The notes under the pieces were generated by a model. It was not told the origin of the DNA and ran no database searches. It saw only the letters and a program-made list of their open reading frames with translations. Below, in pieces: positions 9,253-16,797 of a DNA stretch of 29,835 bases. The translations under genes and the position numbers were made by a program. This DNA comes from Candidatus Woesearchaeota archaeon (lineage in GTDB: Archaea; Nanobdellota; Nanobdellia; Pacearchaeales; GW2011-AR1). The stretch is from positions 315-30,149 of the forward strand of contig CAYGVK010000001.1 in assembly GCA_964353375.1 (NCBI GenBank). Direction: 5' to 3'. The stretch's first letter is position 1; each line of letters opens with the position of its first letter.

Positions 9253-10953
9253 ATGAAAATTTTATCATTGCATTGCGATTATATAAAATTCAAGCCATTG
9301 AAAAAAGCTTTAAAGCAGATTGAAGAACTGCCAGAAACAAAAAAGAAACTAGAAGAAGTAAAAGAGCCTTTAGTTATTCTTACTGCAATTGAAAAACAAG
9401 ATGAAAGCAACCCAAATATAATAACCCAATTAGTTTCTGAAATAAAAGATATTGCAAAACAAGTTAATGCAAAAAACATAGTATTATATCCATATGCTCA
9501 TTTATCTTCTTCTTTAAGCAGCCCTGATTTTGCATTAAAAACATTAGAACAAGCAGACAAAGAATTAAAAAAACAAAAATTCAAAACAACAAGAGCTCCT
9601 TTTGGTTATTACAAGGAATTTGAATTAAAAGTAAAAGGACATCCTTTATCAGAACTTTCAAGAGAAATAATAAATATAAAAAGCAAAGTAGTTGAAGAAA
9701 AATATAATTATAAGCAGCTTTTAGATGAAATCTCAAAAACAAAATTAGACAGGAGAAAGTTAAAAGAAAATGATCATAGAATTTTAGGACAAAACATGGA
9801 TTTATTTTCTTTTTCAGAAACAGCACCTGGAATGGTGTTTTGGCATGACAAAGGATTAACAATAAGAAATTTATTAATTGAATTTTGGAGAGAGCAACAT
9901 AAAAAAGCAGGTTATCAGGAAATTTCTACTCCTCAAATTTTAGATAAAAGATTATGGCAGATTTCAGGACACTGGGAAAAATACAGGGAAAATATTTTCT
10001 TAACAGAATATGAAAAAAGAATTTTTGCAGTAAAGCCAATGAATTGTCCAGGAGGAATATTAGTTTATAGAAATTCTCCAAAATCATATAAAGATTTTCC
10101 TTTAAGAGTTGCTGAATTAGGATGTGTACATAGACAGGAACTTTCAGGTGTTTTAGGAGGATTATTCAGAGTTATCCAATTTACTCAAGATGATGCTCAT
10201 ATATATTGTGCAAATGAAAAACAAATGGAGCAAGAAGTAATTAATATAATGAATTTAATAGATTATTTTTATAATAAAATTTTCAAGTTTAGTTATCATG
10301 TTGAACTTTCAACACGCCCTGAAAAAAGAATTGGAACCGATTCGCAATGGGATAAAGCAGAAGCTATTTTAGAAAAAGTATTAGAAAAACAAAACATAAA
10401 ATTTAAATTAAACAAAGGAGAAGGTGCTTTTTATGGCCCCAAAATTGATTTTCATATTAAAGATTCTTTAGGAAGAACATGGCAATGTGCAACTATTCAA
10501 GCTGATTTTGCAATGCCAGAAAGATTTGATTTAAATTATACAGATGAAAAAAACAAAAAACAAAAACCAATTATGATTCACAGAACAGTTTATGGCTCAT
10601 TAGAAAGATTTATAGGAATCTTGCTTGAGCATTTTAAAGGACATCTTCCATTATGGCTTGCACCTGTTCAAGTTAAAGTAATTAATTTTACAGATAGAAA
10701 TAATAAAGCATGTGAAAGATTATTTGAAGAATTAAAAGCTCATAACATAAGAGCTGAAATTGATTTAAGACAAATTCCTCTTGAAGGAAAAATAAGAGAT
10801 GCTGAACTTCAAAAAATAAATTATATAATTGTAATTGGAGATAAAGAAGAAAAATCAAATACATTAGCAGTAAGAAAAAATGGAAAAGTTTCATCATCAA
10901 GCAAAAATGATTTTATTAAAACAATTAAAAAAGAGATTGATGAGAAAGACTAA
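9253..10953 (+). CDS. thrS: Threonine--tRNA ligase
   Basis: N-terminal archaeal editing domain (ILSLHCDY, LYPYAHLS, APFGYYKEF, KGHPLSELSR); core motifs KPMNCPG, QDDAHI, GEGAFYGPKID, HRTVYGSLERFIG; C-terminal anticodon-binding domain. Confidence 0.97.
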   Translation: MKILSLHCDYIKFKPLKKALKQIEELPETKKKLEEVKEPLVILTAIEKQDESNPNIITQLVSEIKDIAKQVNAKNIVLYPYAHLSSSLSSPDFALKTLEQADKELKKQKFKTTRAPFGYYKEFELKVKGHPLSELSREIINIKSKVVEEKYNYKQLLDEISKTKLDRRKLKENDHRILGQNMDLFSFSETAPGMVFWHDKGLTIRNLLIEFWREQHKKAGYQEISTPQILDKRLWQISGHWEKYRENIFLTEYEKRIFAVKPMNCPGGILVYRNSPKSYKDFPLRVAELGCVHRQELSGVLGGLFRVIQFTQDDAHIYCANEKQMEQEVINIMNLIDYFYNKIFKFSYHVELSTRPEKRIGTDSQWDKAEAILEKVLEKQNIKFKLNKGEGAFYGPKIDFHIKDSLGRTWQCATIQADFAMPERFDLNYTDEKNKKQKPIMIHRTVYGSLERFIGILLEHFKGHLPLWLAPVQVKVINFTDRNNKACERLFEELKAHNIRAEIDLRQIPLEGKIRDAELQKINYIIVIGDKEEKSNTLAVRKNGKVSSSSKNDFIKTIKKEIDEKD

Positions 10954-11431
10954 ATAATCTTGTAGATGCTATTCTTATCCACCAAGATATATCTCTAGAA
11001 TTAAGGCCCCAATCTTTTCCCTCTTCTCTATCTGCCACTTTATCTAATAATAAAGCTTTTCCTTGATATTTTTGTAAAAATCTCTGCATTCTCGGATTTA
11101 ATTGTCTGCATATCTCTCTAACTGCTGGAACAAGTTCTTTTGGTTTCCATAAGTCTGTATGTTCATCAAATACAAATCTTCCTTCATTTTCCAAAATACT
11201 ATATATTGCATCAGCTAATTTAGATTCTGGCTGAAAAATTTTTCCATCATTAACAATCCAAGAAGGACGATAACTTGACCATCCAATATACATCCAACCT
11301 TCTTCAAACATTTGTTTTTCATAAGGTTTTACTCCTTTTCTTCTCTGAACAACGCCCTCCATCCTTTTTTGAAAATCTTCTAAAGGCTCTCTATCTTGCC
11401 AAAGAAGTCTAAGATTTTGATGAGTAGTCAT
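10925..11431 (-). CDS. Hypothetical protein
   Basis: 168-aa ORF with normal composition and a TATA-like sequence upstream; overlaps the thrS 3' end by 29 nt. Confidence 0.65.
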   Translation of the reverse strand: MTTHQNLRLLWQDREPLEDFQKRMEGVVQRRKGVKPYEKQMFEEGWMYIGWSSYRPSWIVNDGKIFQPESKLADAIYSILENEGRFVFDEHTDLWKPKELVPAVREICRQLNPRMQRFLQKYQGKALLLDKVADREEGKDWGLNSRDISWWIRIASTRLFSLSHQSLF

Positions 11432-11491
11432 AAAATTAAATTAATATTTCAATATATAAATATTTATATCTTAAATAAATATTATTAAAAC

Positions 11492-11992
11492 ATGCTCTTC
11501 AAAACACTTTTTCAAAAAATAGAATCATCAAAAGCATTTGAAAGATTCAAGCAGGATTATGAAAATGCAGAGCTTGTCATAGGTTATTTTGTTCTAGATT
11601 TTATAGGAATTGGCAACCAATTTCAATTAGATTACAAGACAGATAATAAAATATTTAGTTTTTCAATTGACATAAATAATCAAATTTCAATGAAACAAGA
11701 AGAGCTCATTCAAACAGAGACTAAACAAGAATTAAAATCAATCTCCCCTAATATTAATATTGATTTAAATAAACTTCAAGAAATTATAAAAAACAAACTA
11801 AGAGAAGAAAAAATAACTCAAGAACTTCAAAAAATAATAGCTATTTTGCAAATTTATAATAATGAACAAGCATGGAATACAACTTGCATTTTTGAAGGAT
11901 TAATAATAATTAATATAGTAATAAATTCTCAAACAGGAAAAATTATTAAATTTGAAAAAAAGAACTTAACAGATTTCATAAGGAAAGTTTAA
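11492..11992 (+). CDS. Hypothetical protein (C-terminal WNxT...IxINSxTGKII resembles PepSY-like strands)
   Basis: 166-aa ORF with an upstream TATA-like sequence. The fold suggestion is weak. Confidence 0.7.
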   Translation: MLFKTLFQKIESSKAFERFKQDYENAELVIGYFVLDFIGIGNQFQLDYKTDNKIFSFSIDINNQISMKQEELIQTETKQELKSISPNINIDLNKLQEIIKNKLREEKITQELQKIIAILQIYNNEQAWNTTCIFEGLIIINIVINSQTGKIIKFEKKNLTDFIRKV

Positions 11993-12600
11993 ACAATTAT
12001 AACATCCCAATCAATAATTCCTAGATTCCATCCATTCAAAAATCTTTCTTTTGATATTTTTCTATTTGGTTCAGCAGTTACAGGACCAGAATCATGAGCA
12101 TAAATATATTTTTTACCAATTCCTGTTAAAATAAGGTAATGCCCTTTCTTTCTATCCTCTTTTCCATCCATTTTCTCAATATTAATTAAACATATGGGGA
12201 TTTGTCCGGCCCTCAATAGATTTTGTAACTCTTGTAAAGACTGTCTATTCATACGAACAGTATATGCATTTCTATTTCTAATATCAAGAAAAGAAGATTG
12301 TATTGCATCGAAATCAAATGAATCTATTAATTCATTAGGATATACTTTTTTACTAAATCTTTCTAACTCTTCCCAAGAAAGCCTTTCAAAAACAGCTCGA
12401 ACTGGATAATAAAAATCAATTCCTAAAGTATCAAATGCGCTAGCTATCTGAACCAAAGTAATTGGGGTTCCTGGATTAACTCGCATTAATTCATCAATTT
12501 CATCAAGAGATTTTTCAATGCCCTTAAAGCTTAATACAGAACGTATTGATGTTTGAGCACACCGTCTACCCTCATTTAGATAAAAAGGGATCTGTAGCAT
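11989..12600 (-). CDS. C39-like cysteine peptidase (stand-alone, no transporter fusion)
   Basis: IPFY...RRCAQTSIRSVLSFKG (catalytic Cys), GHYLILTG (His) and YAHDS (Asp); starts 2 nt after the precursor stop. Confidence 0.8.
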   Translation of the reverse strand: MLQIPFYLNEGRRCAQTSIRSVLSFKGIEKSLDEIDELMRVNPGTPITLVQIASAFDTLGIDFYYPVRAVFERLSWEELERFSKKVYPNELIDSFDFDAIQSSFLDIRNRNAYTVRMNRQSLQELQNLLRAGQIPICLINIEKMDGKEDRKKGHYLILTGIGKKYIYAHDSGPVTAEPNRKISKERFLNGWNLGIIDWDVIIV

Positions 12601-12602
12601 TT

Positions 12603-12875
12603 TTAATGGCGTCTAGCATATGAATCATCATAGCAAGGGGGATCTTTAGTATCTTGATAACTATATGTTATTTCATCTCTATGGTTGCTCCCAGATCCAG
12701 AGTCGACATGTATTTCTGTGTGTCCATCAGAATATGGACTATCTCCATAATTAAATAAAAAAAAGTTTTGCCTATTTCTTATTGCCCTTTTTAAATGCGG
12801 ATTTTCTATATTCGCAAGCCTAATTTTATGTCCTAAAATTTCTATTTCTTCTTGTTCAAAATTGTGTTCTGTCAT
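12603..12875 (-). CDS. Putative RiPP precursor peptide with a leader and seven [Y/H]-x-[D/E] motifs
   Basis: 90 aa; the core contains YGD, YSD, HTE, HVD, HRD, YQD and YDD. The start overlaps the rSAM stop (ATGA). Confidence 0.75.
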   Translation of the reverse strand: MTEHNFEQEEIEILGHKIRLANIENPHLKRAIRNRQNFFLFNYGDSPYSDGHTEIHVDSGSGSNHRDEITYSYQDTKDPPCYDDSYARRH

Positions 12876-13988
12876 TTTGCTTCTGCTTCTGCTAATTCAC
12901 TATGCAAAAACTCCTCCACATGTTTAAATATTTTCTTATAAGCTACACAATATCCATCTTTTTTCATAACATCTCCAACCATTTCAAATGCATTATGCAT
13001 ACACCCACCATTACAAATTTTTCCGAAATCACAAGAACTACACCCTTGTATTGTTTCTAATCCTCTGTCTTTTAATCTACATTGAATCTCTGAATTTAAT
13101 GCATTTGCTAATCCTCCAACCCCATTCACATTTCCCATCTTAAATTCCGGAATTCCATCAAATCTACCACAAGGATAAATATCTCCTTGAGGACCAATAG
13201 AAACAAAACTGTTCCTACATGAAACAGAATAATTGCAACCAAATGGAATTCCAGTCATAAGATTCCCCATTATATCAGCAAAAGGATCTATATCTATTGA
13301 ATCATAATCATTAATCCATAAATCAAACAATTCGCACATCCCTTTACCATACTCTATAGGGGTTAATCCAAAACCATTTAAAACAGAAACTGTACATGGT
13401 ACAATAGGATTTACTTTTATATTTATCCTTTCCCTTTTAAAAAATTCATAAATCTCTCTAATTTGACCTATATTTCCTCTATTGAGAACAACTATTACTC
13501 CTCCACCTACATTTATTTTTCCATCCCTATCTGTTCTTCTTTTCTTTACAAGTTTTATACCTCTCATCACATCTTCAAATACGCCTCTCCCATCAGCATA
13601 TTTCCTCGTTTTATCATTTACCTCATTAGGGCCATCTAAACTTAATCCTAATCGAAAATCGTTTTCCTCTTCTATAAAATCTAATAATGCTTCTGTAACT
13701 AAAGTGCCATTGCTTTGTATACTATTACTAACAAAATAATCTCTTCCTCTTAATTTTCTAGATATAGTTGCAACCTCTCGATAGAAATCTACTCCCATTA
13801 ATAAGGGCTTCCCCCCCATGCCAAATAAAATGAACCTTTTTATCTTCTGAATTTTGAGCAACTTGCTCCATAGTATTTCTCAAAGTTTCTCTAGTCATTC
13901 TCCCCCTCTCAGCACTAGAAGGCACATAGCAATATACACAAGAAAGATTACAGTCATGTGTTGGTTTTACAATAGCTGTCAATGACAT
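12872..13988 (-). pseudogene. Radical SAM/SPASM peptide maturase (anSME-like architecture) split by one 1-nt frameshift; a sequencing error cannot be excluded
   Basis: Frame 1 (13988..) gives CNLSCVYC (CxxxCxxC) and WHGGE. Frame 2 continues PLLMGVDFY, QSNGTL, LGLSLDGP and the SPASM motif CNYSVSC...GDIYPC...CSSCDFGKICNGGC...C. The joined product is about 371 aa. Confidence 0.9.
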
Positions 13989-14009
13989 AATTTTATAGTG
14001 GTAACTAAC

Positions 14010-14025
14010 TATATAAATATTTCTA
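14010..14025 (-). promoter_or_regulatory. BRE/TATA-like promoter of the rSAM operon
   Basis: The minus strand reads tagaaatatttatata, with TTTATATA ending about 22 nt before ATG 13988 (leaderless spacing). Confidence 0.55.
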
Positions 14026-14072
14026 TAAATAGAAAACGTTAATATTAAAAACCTGCTTAGATTAATATCTTC

Positions 14073-15635
14073 ATGGATGACGTATCTTTATTAATATCTA
14101 TCATAAATCCTAAATATAGTTCGCAACCTAATACTATAAAAAAATTATTAAAAGAAAAAGGATTTTCAGAGACATATAGAATTGCTGAAGAAAAAAATAT
14201 CAAACCAAATCCTCCAGTAGAGCATAAATTAGTTTATGATTCAGCTGTTCAGACATTAGAACCAATTTATTTTTGGATATTAGATTTTATGAATGATATG
14301 TTTGGAGGAGATGTTGAAAAACTTATAGATAATTTCACAAGCTCTCCTGGAAGCGGGCATTTTTCAGAATTGCAGGGGAAAGCTTCTCAAATGCAACAAG
14401 AAGCTTCAAGGGTTTTAGGAACAGTAAATAATATTTTAAAGGGTATTATCAATCTGATTTATGATTTAAAAGAATGGCAGATAATTTTAAGTCACTATGA
14501 CCAGGCAAATTCAAAAGACAAACAAAAAGCAGAGGCAGGAATTCTAGCTTTAAAACAAAGGTGGTTAGATAAAGTAGATATTCAAAGAGGACAAGGAAGC
14601 ATACATGCAATGACAACAGGACAATTAAATTTTGTAACTTTAAGAGATGCTTTTATGGCTGTAAAATCATTAAATGATGTTGATAAATTAGATTTAAATG
14701 AAAGAGTTAAAAGAATATTAAAACCAAGATTTCAGGAATTTTTAGAATGGAAAAAAAGAAGCGAACAGGAATTAAAAAAAAGATATGAAATTGAAAAAAG
14801 TTATTTAAAAAGTCAGGTAGAGGCTTTAAAATTAAACACAAAATGGGCAAAACCATATTTAAAAGCAGCTGCAAAATTAACTATGAATGAAAAATTAGAA
14901 AAAAATCCTGAATTTATCAATATATTTAACACAGTTCTTTTAGAATTAAGTATTATGGGAAAAAGAGCAGTTAATGTTGAACAAGAAGCAGTAAATAATC
15001 CAAGAGGCCTGCCTGAAAACTTTAAAAATATAGCAAAAAAATTAAGAAAATATTATGCAATTGTTTTAGTTGATTTTAATTTTAGAGGGATTCCAAGCAA
15101 AGTAGGACAGCATTATGCATTTGGAGGAAGAGCAGATGTAAGTTTTAAAGCATATGCATTAAATGAAGACGAACTTAAATTGCTTCATAAAAAATTAGAC
15201 AGTTCTGACATAGATGATTCTTTAAAATTAATTCAGGGAATGACAGATGAATCATTAGCACAGATAAAAGCAGATTTAGATGAATTTTTAGAAGATAAAC
15301 ATAAAGAACATAAAGAAGAAATTAAATCAGATGATACAAATCCATTTTCAGCATTGTTTAGCTTTTTAATAAAACCAAAAAAAGAAAAACCAAAATCAGC
15401 AGATGCTGAAAAACAAAAATTAGAGGAATTAGAAAAAAAAGGAATTAGAAAAGACAAATACGCAGAGCAATATGTAAGAAGCATAGCAGAATCAAATGCA
15501 GTAAATAATTGTTATAATGTCTTTGATATTTACAAAAAAGCACATGGTATGGCTTCATTGCCTTATATGCAGGAAAAAGAACCTACTCCGCCTGAAACTC
15601 AAGCAGAAAGATTATTCAGAATCCATAAGTTCTAA
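14073..15635 (+). CDS. Hypothetical protein, 520 aa, helical/coiled-coil-rich
   Basis: Long ORF with host-like codon usage; no catalytic motif recognised. Confidence 0.85.
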   Translation: MDDVSLLISIINPKYSSQPNTIKKLLKEKGFSETYRIAEEKNIKPNPPVEHKLVYDSAVQTLEPIYFWILDFMNDMFGGDVEKLIDNFTSSPGSGHFSELQGKASQMQQEASRVLGTVNNILKGIINLIYDLKEWQIILSHYDQANSKDKQKAEAGILALKQRWLDKVDIQRGQGSIHAMTTGQLNFVTLRDAFMAVKSLNDVDKLDLNERVKRILKPRFQEFLEWKKRSEQELKKRYEIEKSYLKSQVEALKLNTKWAKPYLKAAAKLTMNEKLEKNPEFINIFNTVLLELSIMGKRAVNVEQEAVNNPRGLPENFKNIAKKLRKYYAIVLVDFNFRGIPSKVGQHYAFGGRADVSFKAYALNEDELKLLHKKLDSSDIDDSLKLIQGMTDESLAQIKADLDEFLEDKHKEHKEEIKSDDTNPFSALFSFLIKPKKEKPKSADAEKQKLEELEKKGIRKDKYAEQYVRSIAESNAVNNCYNVFDIYKKAHGMASLPYMQEKEPTPPETQAERLFRIHKF

Positions 15636-15726
15636 AATCAGAATTTATGTATGTTTAAAAGTTCTAAAATAAAAATATAATTAATAATATAATACAACTT
15701 GAATATAAAAATCAACAATCAAAATA

Positions 15727-15745
15727 TAATCTCGAGCGAAGAAGT
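15727..15745 (+). repeat. Dispersed intergenic repeat family 2, copy B
   Basis: taatctcgagcgaagaagt is 18/19 identical to 3603..3621. Confidence 0.65.
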
Positions 15746-15861
15746 CAACTAAACGCTTGAAGTTATAACTAAAACACATAATGATTTATAAAATTAATGA
15801 TATAAAATATAACAAAAAATAATTTAAGTAAATTTAAATAAACAAATTTCCTAATATAATC

Positions 15862-16494
15862 ATGAAAGAAGAAGATTCTGATTTTGATGAAATAGAAAAT
15901 TCAGATATAAATGAAGATGAATTAAAAAGAACATTGAAAGAATTAGAAACAGAAGCAGATGAATATGGTTTTGAACAAGAAACAGATGAGGAAAATCTTG
16001 AACAAGAAAAAGAGTTAGAAGAAATATCTGAATCTAAGGAAAATATAATTGAACCAAGTTTTGAGAATTTTTTTACTTCAAACAAGCAAGAACTTCCTTC
16101 TTTGCAGGCAGCTCCAATTGAAAATTTAGAACAAGATTTGCAAAATATTGCAGGAACCCAGCAACAAACACAAAACCAACAAAATGAAACTCAACAACCA
16201 ACATATGATGTTCCTCACCAATATTCAAGCTCAGAACAGTTTTATGAAACTGTTGAAAATAGAAATATATCAGAGCCTGAAATGACAATAAATCCTGGTT
16301 TGATAAGAAGAGAAGCTGAAATTATTCCAGCAGAACAGCAAAGAATGAGCTTTCAGCCATGGCAAGAAACTTCAGATTATCCTGGTCATGGACATCCTAA
16401 ACAAGAAAGAGTAGAAGATTATGTTAGCAGACTTGAGAAAAGAGAAGAACAAGGCTTACCTTTTCAAGATAAACCTAGAAAAAGAAGATTTTAA
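15862..16494 (+). CDS. Acidic, E/Q-rich, probably disordered hypothetical protein
   Basis: 210 aa dominated by E/D/Q/N, with a basic C-terminus (KPRKRRF). Confidence 0.75.
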   Translation: MKEEDSDFDEIENSDINEDELKRTLKELETEADEYGFEQETDEENLEQEKELEEISESKENIIEPSFENFFTSNKQELPSLQAAPIENLEQDLQNIAGTQQQTQNQQNETQQPTYDVPHQYSSSEQFYETVENRNISEPEMTINPGLIRREAEIIPAEQQRMSFQPWQETSDYPGHGHPKQERVEDYVSRLEKREEQGLPFQDKPRKRRF

Positions 16495-16743
16495 ATTATT
16501 TAAAATCTTTAATAATCAATAATAACTAATAGAAAACAATAAAAAGGAAACAAGAAATAATAGAGAACAAGAGGATATAGAAAATATAAGAATAATAAAA
16601 GAAAATATGAATATAATAAATAAACAAATAACCGAGAAGAAATTAACTAAATAGAGTAATAATGTTTAAACATTAATAACAAAAAAATAAAAACTCAATA
16701 GATATTTAAATATAAAATAATTAATAAAATAATAAATATTGCA

Positions 16744-16779
16744 TCGAGTAATAAGCAAGGTAGATTATATATTAATGAT
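16744..16779 (+). repeat. Dispersed intergenic repeat family 1, copy C
   Basis: tcgagtaataagcaaggtagattatatattaatgat is 34/36 identical to the 26093..26058(-) copy. Confidence 0.75.
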
Positions 16780-16797
16780 ATAAAAAAGAGGAAAAAT

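Noticed and set aside
13758-13988. The 76-aa ORF as an independent small protein or second precursor
   Set aside because: It is the N-terminal CxxxCxxC part of the frameshifted rSAM; the last 16 residues are out-of-frame read-through.
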